DNA from: Fastidiosibacter lacustris
GTDB taxonomy: Bacteria; Pseudomonadota; Gammaproteobacteria; Francisellales; Francisellaceae
Assembly (NCBI RefSeq): GCF_003428155.1
Contig: NZ_QLIR01000024.1
Coordinates: forward strand, 1 to 24,284
Direction: 5' to 3'
DNA length: 24,284 bases
Of the stretch, positions 14,531 to 23,689 are shown one piece after another; position 1 is the stretch's first letter, and each line of letters opens with the position of its first letter. The notes beneath the pieces were generated by a model. It saw nothing but the letters and a program-made list of their open reading frames with translations. It ran no database searches and was not told where the DNA came from. Position numbers and translations under genes: made by a program.

Positions 14531-15910
14531 ATGACGGAAGTAAAAACATTAAGAAAAGACCTTAAACTGCGCCACCTTGAACTTATTTCTTTAGGAGGAA
14601 TTATTGGATCGGCCTTTTTCCTTGGAACAGGTTATATTGTTGCTCAAGCTGGACCTGCCGTTTTAATTTCGTACGCTTTGGGTGGATTAATCGTTTTTCT
14701 TGTGATGTTATGTTTGTGTGAACTAACGGTTGCAATGCCAAGTTCCAGTTCATTTATTCAATACGCCAGTGACTACATTTCACCAACTTGGGCCTGTGGG
14801 ACAGGTTGGTCGTATTGGTTAAACTGGATTGCATATATTCCAGCAGAGTGCACGGCTGCAGGAATCATAATGCACTATATTATTCCGAGTGTGCCAGCGT
14901 TTAGTTGGGCTATGTTATTTGGGTTTGTCATTACCATTATCAATTTGTCCAAAGTACGCATATTTGGTGAGATGGAGTTTTGGCTAGCAATTGTAAAAAT
15001 TTCTGCAATTATCATGTTTTGCATATTAGCCTTGTTTATATTTTTTGGTTTATATAAAAGTAGTGGCAAAATGCCAACGATTGGCACTGAGTATTTGCTT
15101 GGAGATGGTGGTTTCTTCCCTAAAGGAAAGCTTGTTTTAATTAGTTTGATGGTCATGTTATTGGTTAATTTTCAAGGCTCGGAAATCGTTTGTTTGGCAG
15201 CAGCTGAATCTAAAGATACCGATGTTGCGATTCCACGCGCTTCACGCAATATTGCTATTCGCATCGTGCTATTATATTTAGTACCAGTTTTTCTGTTAGT
15301 ACTTATTTTTCCCTGGAGTAAAATGGACAGTGACACTTCTGTTTTTATATTAGCTTTGCAACAATATGGCTTTCATTGGATAGCAGGCATATTTACATTT
15401 GTTGTACTAACGGCGGCATTTTCTTGTGCTAATAGTGGCATGTATGCAAGTGTAAGGGCTTTATATGGACTTTCTCAACAAAAAATGGCACCAAAAATTT
15501 TCTCGCGCTTGAATCGCCATCAAGTTCCGATGATAGCTGCAATTTTTACTTTGGTTTGTATTTGGATCTTTCTAATATTGTCATACTTTTTTTCATCAAC
15601 AACTGCATTTTCATATTTGTTAAGTATCTCTGGGTTCACTGGTGCAATTTGTTGGATTTCAATTTGTTGGGCGCAGTATAACTTTAGAAAGCATTGTAAA
15701 CGGAATAACATCGAATTAAAGGGAAAGTTTAAAACACCTTTTTATCCTGTGGTTCCACTTTTGGGGATTTGGCTACAAATTGCTTGTTTAGTGTTGTTGT
15801 TATGGAATGAAGAGTTGCGTCCTGCGTTTTACTTTGGTGCTCCTGCTGTTTTTTTGCCGATGATTATTTATTGGGGTTATAAAAAATATGCTAAAAGGTC
15901 AAGTGTTTAG
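14531..15910 (+). CDS. APC-superfamily amino-acid permease (AAT family, LysP/AroP/AnsP-like)
   Basis: 459 aa with about 12 hydrophobic segments. N-terminal signature LKLRHLELISLGGIIGSAFFLGTGYIVAQAGPAVLISYALGG...CELTVAMP...GWSYWLNW is typical of AA_permease transporters. Confidence 0.85.
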   Translation: MTEVKTLRKDLKLRHLELISLGGIIGSAFFLGTGYIVAQAGPAVLISYALGGLIVFLVMLCLCELTVAMPSSSSFIQYASDYISPTWACGTGWSYWLNWIAYIPAECTAAGIIMHYIIPSVPAFSWAMLFGFVITIINLSKVRIFGEMEFWLAIVKISAIIMFCILALFIFFGLYKSSGKMPTIGTEYLLGDGGFFPKGKLVLISLMVMLLVNFQGSEIVCLAAAESKDTDVAIPRASRNIAIRIVLLYLVPVFLLVLIFPWSKMDSDTSVFILALQQYGFHWIAGIFTFVVLTAAFSCANSGMYASVRALYGLSQQKMAPKIFSRLNRHQVPMIAAIFTLVCIWIFLILSYFFSSTTAFSYLLSISGFTGAICWISICWAQYNFRKHCKRNNIELKGKFKTPFYPVVPLLGIWLQIACLVLLLWNEELRPAFYFGAPAVFLPMIIYWGYKKYAKRSSV

Positions 15911-16031
15911 GTGTTTTATAGATCATAAAATCTTGATGTTTATTTGCTAATTATTTTTTTTATTTCTTTTTAATAAAATTTTTATTTACAGCAGCTTATG
16001 TTGTTGTTAATTTATGTAAGATTTTTAAGAG

Positions 16032-16067
16032 CTTTGTCTCTAGTTGTGGTACAACTAGATGACAAGG
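16032..16067 (+). promoter_or_regulatory. Strong bulged hairpin/palindrome in the speA upstream region
   Basis: TCTAGTTGT (16039-16047), loop GGT, ACAACTAGA (16051-16059). The stem is extended by CTTTGTC / GACAAGG around a 1-nt bulge at 16060. No T-run follows on either strand, so it is not a canonical terminator. Confidence 0.35.
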
Positions 16068-16231
16068 TGAGTTTAAGGGGCGCTTTGAGTGTGAATGTGG
16101 TATTAAAATGCGTTATTATACACCATTGGTGCATATTGACGTGTTTGCTTTGCCACAGTATGTCGTAGAGGTATTACGCTAGCTAAACGTGATGCAATTC
16201 CATTAACAATTTTCATAGAAGGAGGATTTCT

Positions 16232-17917
16232 ATGGAAAACCATTTATTTTCATTAAAGGCATTTCAAACTTTTGAACCCTATTTTAGCTATGATCAGAAT
16301 AATCAGCTATGCGTTCATTATGGACAGAATTTTGAGCAATTTATGCCTCTTGTTGACATTGTTAATAATGCACTTGAGCAAGGTGCCAAAAAGCCTTGTG
16401 TGCTTACTTTTAGACATATTACAGAAGATAGAATGCTTAAGCTCTATCAAAGTTTTAATAAAGTGATGAGAAATTATCGTTATCAAGGACATTATCAATT
16501 AGCCTACCCAATTAAAGTCAATCCAAATGCTAATGTTATGCAAACATTAAAGAATTGTGCACATAAGCACGATTTACCGTTTAGTTTTGAAGTCGGTAGT
16601 AAATCTGAGCTTTTGAGTGTTTTGGCGATCAGTTCAAAACAAAATAGTATTATTTGTAATGGATTTAAGGACCTTGAGTTTTATCGGTTGGGGAATTTGG
16701 CAGCAAAACTTGGATTTAAAGTGGTGATGGTGCTTGAGCATGTTAGCGAAGTGACTTTGGTCAAAGCTTTAGCTCAAGAAGATCATGTTTACGTTGATTT
16801 AGGGTTTAGAACTAAACCTTTTATTGATGATTTACATAGTATAAAGTTTGGTTTGAGTCTTGTAGACATATTAAGTGCAAAAAATGAAATTAAGGCACTA
16901 AATCTTGCACATAAGGTCGTACTTTTACACGGTCATATTGGTTCACAACTTAAGAATCTAAAACAAGTAGAAAAACATATCAATATGATGGTTTGTTTAT
17001 ATGCAGAATTGCTTAAAGAGTGTGTTAACTTAAACTTAATCGACTTAGGTGGTGGTTTGGGTATTGATTATTTAAATACTCAAAAACCACACTTTGAATT
17101 TGACTATTATGCGCAGACAGTTGTTAGAACATTTAGCTATTATGTTGATTTATTCGACTTACCTCATCCAAACCTGATTACAGAATCTGGGCGTGCAATG
17201 ACAGCGATGTCTAGTGTGTTAATTGTGTCCCCACTTTATCAAACCTTGTGTTTTGATTCTGTTGCACAAACAAGTTATGATAAAGCGACACAAGATCAAT
17301 GGTTAAGAGGTGACATTGATTTAAACACTCTTCTAGGGAGTAGTAACTTAAGTTATATCGATCAGACAAATCAATACAAGTTATGGTTAAATTTTTCGTT
17401 ATTCCAATCGCTACCAGATCACTGGGGAATTAATCAGCATTTTCCTTTGCTACCCGTAAGACATTATTCAGCAACGGAAACTATAGATTGTCAGATATTT
17501 GATATTTCTTGTGATGCAGATGGTGTCATCAAGGGCAAAGATGGCATGGATTATATTTCCTTACCTATGACTGAAATTGGGGATCTTGCCTTTATGTTTG
17601 TTGGTAGTTATCAAGACATGTTAAGTAGTAAGCATAACGTCATTGGCAAGACTAGTAGGGTCGAGATAAACTTTAATATGTATGATGAATGTGTAATATC
17701 GGTTGAAGCGGCAGAAGACTATCATGCTTTATTATGTCAATATGGGCATAATCCTCTATCTCTCTTATCTAAATTTCAGCGGCTTAGCCAATACAATGCA
17801 CAAACTGAGCTTACCACTAATGATTTAACATTATTGGATAATATGTTAAATGGGTTTCCTTATTTACAATTCACTACATATGAGGAGTCTGTGAATGCAA
17901 AAATATTTGCCAGCTGA
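16232..17917 (+). CDS. speA: Biosynthetic arginine decarboxylase (PLP-dependent, Orn/DAP/Arg decarboxylase fold), short form
   Basis: PLP-lysine motif AYPIKVNPN, glycine-rich DLGGGLGIDY, ESGRAMTA. GAAGGAGG RBS. Followed by aguA (23-nt overlap) and aguB, the next two steps of the agmatine route. Confidence 0.85.
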   Translation: MENHLFSLKAFQTFEPYFSYDQNNQLCVHYGQNFEQFMPLVDIVNNALEQGAKKPCVLTFRHITEDRMLKLYQSFNKVMRNYRYQGHYQLAYPIKVNPNANVMQTLKNCAHKHDLPFSFEVGSKSELLSVLAISSKQNSIICNGFKDLEFYRLGNLAAKLGFKVVMVLEHVSEVTLVKALAQEDHVYVDLGFRTKPFIDDLHSIKFGLSLVDILSAKNEIKALNLAHKVVLLHGHIGSQLKNLKQVEKHINMMVCLYAELLKECVNLNLIDLGGGLGIDYLNTQKPHFEFDYYAQTVVRTFSYYVDLFDLPHPNLITESGRAMTAMSSVLIVSPLYQTLCFDSVAQTSYDKATQDQWLRGDIDLNTLLGSSNLSYIDQTNQYKLWLNFSLFQSLPDHWGINQHFPLLPVRHYSATETIDCQIFDISCDADGVIKGKDGMDYISLPMTEIGDLAFMFVGSYQDMLSSKHNVIGKTSRVEINFNMYDECVISVEAAEDYHALLCQYGHNPLSLLSKFQRLSQYNAQTELTTNDLTLLDNMLNGFPYLQFTTYEESVNAKIFAS

Positions 17918-18878
17918 GTGGCAAAAACATAGTGCAACATGGATGATTTGGCCTATTCGTTATCAAATTTGGCCAAATTTTGAAAAGGCTTGCCAAGTAT
18001 ATGCAAATGTTGCTAATAAAGTCAGTGAATATGAGACAGTAAAGGTGATTGTGGCACCAGAACAAATCAAGCTTGCACGTCAATATTTGTCTCAACATAT
18101 TCATTTAATTCAATATCAGGCTGATGATTCTTGGGCTCGCGATAGTGCACCAATTTTTATGAATAATAATGGTAGCTTATTGGCTTTGAACTGGCGATTT
18201 AACGCTTGGGGTGAGAAATTCTTACCCTATGATCAAGATCAAAAACTAAAGCTTATGCTTGCACAAATTGAATCTTGGGATACGCTTGAAATTGATATGG
18301 TGTTAGAAGGAGGGGCTATTCATAGCAATGGTCAGGGAACGTTGTTAACTACTGCAGAATGCTTGCTTAACTCTAATCGCAATAAAAACCTCTCTAAAAA
18401 AGAAATTGAACAAAACTTATCAACGTATTTAAACGTTTCTCGTCAACTATGGTTACCGTTTGGAATAGACGGGGATGTAGATACTGATGGCCATGTCGAT
18501 AATGTGGCATGTTTTAGTAATGAAAAAACAATTTGTATTCAAGCTTGTTATGATCAATTAGATGAAAACTATGTGCGCCATAATCACAATATGAGTTATT
18601 TACAACAGATCGCACCAGATCTTGATGTAGTTGAAATTCCTCAGCCTCAAAAACGGAGTTTTCAAGGTGAGCGCTTAGCATTATCTTATTTAAATTTTTA
18701 TATTTGTAATGGTGCCTTGATTATGCCAAAGTTTGATCAGGAAAAAGAAGATCAAAATGCAAAGACCATCCTTCAAGAACAGTTTCCAACTTATGATATT
18801 CATCAAATTAATGTACAGGATTTAGTTGTAGGAGGCGGTGGTATTCATTGCATTACCATGCAACAGCCAAAGTGTTAA
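17895..18878 (+). CDS. aguA: Agmatine deiminase
   Basis: LPAEWQKHSATWMIWP, DSWARDSAPIF, EGGAIHSNGQGTLLTT, DTDGHVDN, and C-terminal catalytic-Cys motif GGGGIHCITMQQP. GAGGAG RBS inside the speA 3' end. Confidence 0.92.
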   Translation: MQKYLPAEWQKHSATWMIWPIRYQIWPNFEKACQVYANVANKVSEYETVKVIVAPEQIKLARQYLSQHIHLIQYQADDSWARDSAPIFMNNNGSLLALNWRFNAWGEKFLPYDQDQKLKLMLAQIESWDTLEIDMVLEGGAIHSNGQGTLLTTAECLLNSNRNKNLSKKEIEQNLSTYLNVSRQLWLPFGIDGDVDTDGHVDNVACFSNEKTICIQACYDQLDENYVRHNHNMSYLQQIAPDLDVVEIPQPQKRSFQGERLALSYLNFYICNGALIMPKFDQEKEDQNAKTILQEQFPTYDIHQINVQDLVVGGGGIHCITMQQPKC

Positions 18879-18972
18879 AAATCTCTATAAGCTTCTGTGG
18901 CATCAAAACCTTGACTTAAATTGCATAAAATAGAAATGAATAAGAGTTTAATAAAAGAAAAAGGAAAATAAA

Positions 18973-19830
18973 ATGACTGTTAAAGTAGCGGTTATTCAAT
19001 CAAAATTCAGTAATGACGTTGATAGTAATATCATACACTTAAATCAAAGAGTTGTTGAGGCAGCAGTAAGAGGTGCACAAATTATTTTGATGCCTGAATT
19101 GCCGTCATATTGGTATTTTTGTAAACGCCAAGATCCAGCGTATTTTGCTATGGCAGAAACTTTAGAGGAGTGTAAACTTATTGGTTTAATGCGAAAAATT
19201 GCTAAGGAATATCAAGTAGTATTGCCAACAAGCTTCTTTGAAAAAGTTGGAAACACATGTTTTAACTCTGTGGCGATGATTGATGCAGATGGAAGTATTT
19301 TAGGTATATATCGTAAATCTCATATTCCTGATGGTGCAGGTTATCAAGAGAAATATTATTTCTCACCAGGAAAATCAGGTTTTAAAGTATGGCAGACGAG
19401 ATATGCTAAAGTAGGCTGCGCAATTTGTTGGGATCAATGGTTTCCAGAAGCAGCAAGGATTATGGCGCTTAAAGGTGCAGATTTGCTTTTATATCCAACT
19501 GCAATTGGTAGTGAGCCACATTTACCAGACTATGATTCAAAAGATCACTGGCAGCGAACAATGCAAGGACACGCAGCAGCAAACATGGTTCCTGTTCTTG
19601 CTGCAAATCGCTATGGGGAAGAAAGTGATAGTAGCATCCAGACAACTTTTTATGGCAGTTCATTTATTACAGATGGCTTTGGACAGAAAATAGCAGAATC
19701 ACCGCGCCAAGGTGACGATATTCTCTATGCGAGCTTCAATTTGAAAAAGCTTCAAGAAAACCGCTTTGCATGGGGTCTATTCCGTGATAGGAGACCTGAG
19801 CTATATCATGATATTACGGCGGAAGCATAA
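18973..19830 (+). CDS. aguB: N-carbamoylputrescine amidase (nitrilase/CN-hydrolase superfamily)
   Basis: VAVIQ...MPELPSYWYFC (catalytic Glu), YRKSHIPD (Lys), AICWDQWFPEAAR (Cys). The 285-aa length and position after aguA fit the family. Confidence 0.92.
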   Translation: MTVKVAVIQSKFSNDVDSNIIHLNQRVVEAAVRGAQIILMPELPSYWYFCKRQDPAYFAMAETLEECKLIGLMRKIAKEYQVVLPTSFFEKVGNTCFNSVAMIDADGSILGIYRKSHIPDGAGYQEKYYFSPGKSGFKVWQTRYAKVGCAICWDQWFPEAARIMALKGADLLLYPTAIGSEPHLPDYDSKDHWQRTMQGHAAANMVPVLAANRYGEESDSSIQTTFYGSSFITDGFGQKIAESPRQGDDILYASFNLKKLQENRFAWGLFRDRRPELYHDITAEA

Positions 19831-19893
19831 GGATATATGCCAATAAAATCGGCTCACTGTTATACGTTGCCTAAGTTTCAGCTTCTGAGATTA

Positions 19894-21156
19894 CTAGTCC
19901 GCCAACGATAGCAAAAATCTTTTGTTTGAATACTTCTCTAGCGCTAACAGCAACATCCCAATGATTCCTAACACAGTTGATCCACTTATTAGCCAAAAAG
20001 GCAGCATCGTAAAACCATATTTATCTAAAATAACTACGGACAATGCGGGTATTGGGGCACTGAAAATAGAATAACTAATATTGTACGATAGCCCAATGCT
20101 ACGACATCTAAAACCAATGTGAGTCATTTCGGCAATAATGACAGTATATGTTGATGCCATCATACCAAATAAAGCAAAGATAAGCATCAAGGTAAACGCG
20201 CTAATAAAACCATTAATTAGGTTACTATAAAATAAATGACCAAGTATAGATGTTGCTATAGTTAGACAGCAGAAAAAGAGTTTCTTATTTACATAGTCGC
20301 TGATAATTCCTCCAAGAAAACAGCTGAAAATCATAACGCAAGAGCCATAAAAAATAAGATCTGATACAAGTTTTTTATCGATAGTTAAATAAGTTTCTGC
20401 GTAGCTAGGCAGAAACAAAAATAATTGCGTTGTAAGCATTGCTGCAGGAGCAACCAAGAGTATTCCGATAACGATATTTTTAGTGTGTTTTATCTTATTA
20501 TTTTTAATTGCATATTCCTTCTTGAATGCTAGAAATTCAGGAGTTTCATACAAGCCTTTTCTTAAGAAATAAATCAAAATAGAGAGTGCTGCACCAAATA
20601 GAAACGCGATTCTCCAACCATACTCATATAAGGGATTTGACACTGGAATATAACTAATGACCATAAAAACAAATGTACTTAGCATAATTCCTAAACCAAG
20701 ACATGAGAAAATAACGCTAATAGCCATTCCTTTTTTCTTAGGGAAGTGTTCAATGCTATATGATATTGCAGTTGGGATTTCTCCGCCTATGGCTAGTCCT
20801 TGTATTATTCTTAGTAGAGCGAAAATGATAGCTGTAGATATACCAATAGTTTCAGTGCTGGGTAAAATTGCCATTAAAAGGGTTGATAAAGCTAGGGTTA
20901 GCATAGTAAAAAAGAAACTCGTTTTCCTGCCGTATTTATCACCTATAAAGCCAAAAATCAATCCTCCAATAGGTCGAATAAAATAACCAAGAGCAAGTAT
21001 TAGAAAAGCATATATAATACCTAAAGCAACTGACTCTTCAGGGAAAAATGACTTTGCGATTACAGGTGCAAAATATGCAAATATTGCAAAATCATAATAT
21101 TCAATTCCTGCACCACAGCCAGAAATAGCAAGAGTTTTTAATTGATTAAGTTTCAT
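19894..21156 (-). CDS. MFS transporter (metabolite:H+ symporter-like, ProP/KgtP-type)
   Basis: 420 aa with about 12 TM segments. Loop 2-3 motif GFIGDKYGRKTSF. GGAGG RBS (revcomp of 21166-21172 region) before ATG 21156. Confidence 0.85.
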   Translation of the reverse strand: MKLNQLKTLAISGCGAGIEYYDFAIFAYFAPVIAKSFFPEESVALGIIYAFLILALGYFIRPIGGLIFGFIGDKYGRKTSFFFTMLTLALSTLLMAILPSTETIGISTAIIFALLRIIQGLAIGGEIPTAISYSIEHFPKKKGMAISVIFSCLGLGIMLSTFVFMVISYIPVSNPLYEYGWRIAFLFGAALSILIYFLRKGLYETPEFLAFKKEYAIKNNKIKHTKNIVIGILLVAPAAMLTTQLFLFLPSYAETYLTIDKKLVSDLIFYGSCVMIFSCFLGGIISDYVNKKLFFCCLTIATSILGHLFYSNLINGFISAFTLMLIFALFGMMASTYTVIIAEMTHIGFRCRSIGLSYNISYSIFSAPIPALSVVILDKYGFTMLPFWLISGSTVLGIIGMLLLALEKYSNKRFLLSLAD

Positions 21157-21316
21157 TGTGTTATATCCTCCCCTAATTTATTAGTTAGAATATAAGGTTT
21201 TATGCATCTTATAACAACCTAATTTTTGCATGGCAATTGAATGCTTGTAACGTCCAATTTTATTTGAGATTCCTAACACTTTATTTTGTTTTTGACTGAA
21301 TCTGTTATTAAAGGCA

Positions 21317-22531
21317 TCACTTAATCAACACAGGCTTAAATACTTTGGCGTTACCATCGTTTTCGACTTTACGAAACGGTAAGGTAAACGAAAATCTTGG
21401 TCCTTCAAATAATGAGTCATTCAATTCTTCGCCATCACAGAGCAAGTCAGCATAATACTTGGCTAAGGAAAGATCATAAGCAAAGTTATGTTTATCCGTG
21501 GCGATATGGCTTTGAGATTTATAGACAAGATGCTCTGCACGAATATTACCGTCTTCTAATTCTAGAAAAGGCATATTGCCATCAAATTCAAAAGTAACAT
21601 ACAATTTATCTTTCATACCATCTTCGGCAGTAATAGTTAAACGAATGTCTTTTTTTCTGCTGTCTCTATCTATGGCTTTTGTGTAATTGGCAAATAAAGT
21701 GCGGATAACGTGACGGATTTTTTTATAATCGACATAAAGTTTTTGTTTGGATTTTTCGTCCATATCAAATGAGACACTCACATCGAATTCTGCGCTGATT
21801 GAGGCATCTGCAAGATTTACCTCGTTTTGAATCAGTTCTTGTAAATACAAAGGAATTTGGTTTGTTTCTGGTTCCTTATCTTGATCTAATATTGATGTAT
21901 TTATTTTTTGATAAAGCGAGTATATGTCAGATAAACTTTCATTAATATTATAAAACTCATCATTAAGTTCAGTACGAACATTATTTGGAATATCCAATTT
22001 CATTAGTCGGTGCTCAATATTTTCGAGTGATTGAGAAATAACCTTAAGAGATTCAACGTAATCGTAACCATAAGATTTAAGATAGGCTCTTTGATATTCT
22101 AATTTTTTCTCAAGCTGATTTTTTTGTTGTATGGTTTCAGTCTCGAGTTTTTTGCGTTCGGTGATGTCGATGGAAATATTTAAAGTTCCAATTACTTCCC
22201 CTTTCTTATTCCGCCAGGGCGCAATAGTAGTATCAAAAATTTTAGTGTCACCTGTGATTTGATCTTTAACAATTTCTTCACAGTGGATCTGTTTTTTATA
22301 ATTGATAACATCATTTCTATTTTTAGTCAACTTAACTGCTATTTCTTTTGGATAGACATCAAAAGCATTTACACCTAACCAATTTTTTTCAGAGTTGATA
22401 TTTGCTGCCTTAACAGCAAACTTATTCATAAAAGTTACTTTGTGTTGTAAATCAGTACCATAAATAGGTTGAGGTATCATATCTGCAAATTCTTCAAAAG
22501 ATGGCGTAATTGTAGTGATATCTACTGGCAT
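21317..22531 (-). CDS. PAS-domain protein with a degenerate (catalytically dead-looking) histidine-kinase-like C-terminus
   Basis: Residues 1-138 are identical to the upstream kinase except T69/I69. The C-terminal half is collinear with DHp-CA but has Tyr156 in place of the phospho-His (SYGYDYVESL vs NFSHDVNLPI). The N-box reads LFANYTKA, G1 is FDGNMPF rather than DTGMGI, and G2 is YDLSLAKYY rather than GTGLGLYIV. Confidence 0.8.
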   Translation of the reverse strand: MPVDITTITPSFEEFADMIPQPIYGTDLQHKVTFMNKFAVKAANINSEKNWLGVNAFDVYPKEIAVKLTKNRNDVINYKKQIHCEEIVKDQITGDTKIFDTTIAPWRNKKGEVIGTLNISIDITERKKLETETIQQKNQLEKKLEYQRAYLKSYGYDYVESLKVISQSLENIEHRLMKLDIPNNVRTELNDEFYNINESLSDIYSLYQKINTSILDQDKEPETNQIPLYLQELIQNEVNLADASISAEFDVSVSFDMDEKSKQKLYVDYKKIRHVIRTLFANYTKAIDRDSRKKDIRLTITAEDGMKDKLYVTFEFDGNMPFLELEDGNIRAEHLVYKSQSHIATDKHNFAYDLSLAKYYADLLCDGEELNDSLFEGPRFSFTLPFRKVENDGNAKVFKPVLIK

Positions 22532-22543
22532 AATGCTTCCTTA
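22118..22543 (-). repeat. Copy A of a 426-bp near-identical direct repeat (RBS plus PAS module)
   Basis: Aligns to 23264-23689 at a constant offset of 1146 nt. I found one mismatch (G 22326 vs A 23472). It spans 12 nt upstream of the ATG through codon 138. Confidence 0.9.
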
Positions 22544-23677
22544 GTTTTTATTTTTCTTAAATGGTATCTCAACCCAAAATGTAGAACCTTTTCCAACAAC
22601 ACTTTCAAAGTCTACTTTGCCACCTAATAGATCAAGGTTGCTTTTGACAATATATAAACCGAGTCCTGTACCATGAATATTTGTTTCATAAGAACTGACT
22701 AAACGTTTACCTCGTTTATATATTTTTTCGCGATCTGACTCAGCAATACCCATACCCGTATCAGTAACGATAAACTTAACTACCCATTCCTCTTTATGAT
22801 CGATGATTTTCACTTCCAATGTAATTTCTCCTTCTTTTGTGTACTTAATCGCATTCGATAACAAATTACGTAAAATTTGTCTTGTTTTAGAAAGGTCACC
22901 ATTGAGTTTGCTTGGTATAGTCTTATCCATAGAATAAGAAACAGAAAGCTTTTTACTTTGTTCAATCGAAGCCTTAGCAAGCTCAATTTCATCTTGAACC
23001 ATGAGTGATAAATCAAAGTCACTTAAGACAATTATATGCTCAAATTGCTCTTTCAGCATTACATCGGTCATCTGCTCAAGCATTTTATGTAACGACATAA
23101 CGTTTTTATTTAATTGATTAATGAAATTGGTGAATTTTTCATCTTCTTTACCCAAAATTTTTAAAAGCGCAAGATTACCTACTAACGCATTAATGGGTAA
23201 ATTAACATCATGACTAAAATTTTTGATGAATTCTTTTTTGATTTGATCTTTTCCTTCCAACTCATTTTTTTGTTGTATGGTTTCAGTCTCGAGTTTTTTG
23301 CGTTCGGTGATGTCGATGGAAATATTTAAAGTTCCAATTACTTCCCCTTTCTTATTCCGCCAGGGCGCAATAGTAGTATCAAAAATTTTAGTGTCACCTG
23401 TGATTTGATCTTTAACAATTTCTTCACAGTGGATCTGTTTTTTATAATTGATAACATCATTTCTATTTTTAATCAACTTAACTGCTATTTCTTTTGGATA
23501 GACATCAAAAGCATTTACACCTAACCAATTTTTTTCAGAGTTGATATTTGCTGCCTTAACAGCAAACTTATTCATAAAAGTTACTTTGTGTTGTAAATCA
23601 GTACCATAAATAGGTTGAGGTATCATATCTGCAAATTCTTCAAAAGATGGCGTAATTGTAGTGATATCTACTGGCAT
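22541..23677 (-). CDS. Soluble PAS-domain sensor histidine kinase (HisKA + HATPase_c)
   Basis: PAS core at residues 10-125. H-box FIKNFSHDVNLPINAL (His156), N-box LRNLLSNAIKYT, G1 DTGMGI, G2 GTGLGLYIV. No TM segment. AAGGAAG RBS. Confidence 0.9.
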   Translation of the reverse strand: MPVDITTITPSFEEFADMIPQPIYGTDLQHKVTFMNKFAVKAANINSEKNWLGVNAFDVYPKEIAVKLIKNRNDVINYKKQIHCEEIVKDQITGDTKIFDTTIAPWRNKKGEVIGTLNISIDITERKKLETETIQQKNELEGKDQIKKEFIKNFSHDVNLPINALVGNLALLKILGKEDEKFTNFINQLNKNVMSLHKMLEQMTDVMLKEQFEHIIVLSDFDLSLMVQDEIELAKASIEQSKKLSVSYSMDKTIPSKLNGDLSKTRQILRNLLSNAIKYTKEGEITLEVKIIDHKEEWVVKFIVTDTGMGIAESDREKIYKRGKRLVSSYETNIHGTGLGLYIVKSNLDLLGGKVDFESVVGKGSTFWVEIPFKKNKN

Positions 23678-23689
23678 AATGCTTCCTTA
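23264..23689 (-). repeat. Copy B of the 426-bp near-identical direct repeat (RBS plus PAS module)
   Basis: See copy A. The upstream end of this copy lies inside the 3' end of the thioester-reductase gene (…AGTAAGGAAGCATTATGCCAGTAG). Confidence 0.9.

Noticed and set aside
389-23022. Sixteen short track ORFs of 60-109 aa: 389-622(-), 2140-2325(-), 4585-4806(-), 10242-10481(-), 10770-10952(-), 11519-11719(-), 14875-15156(-), 15520-15711(-), 16272-16466(+), 16307-16498(-), 17874-18104(-), 19469-19663(-), 19475-19693(+), 20657-20986(+), 21397-21597(+), 22810-23022(-)
   Set aside because: Each is nested antisense or out of frame inside (10242-10481 and 17874-18104: largely within, extending a few nt into the overlapping adjacent gene) a long CDS with clear family motifs. 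Their translations are low-complexity or hydrophobic mirror images with no RBS or motif, so I treat them as frame-shadow ORFs.
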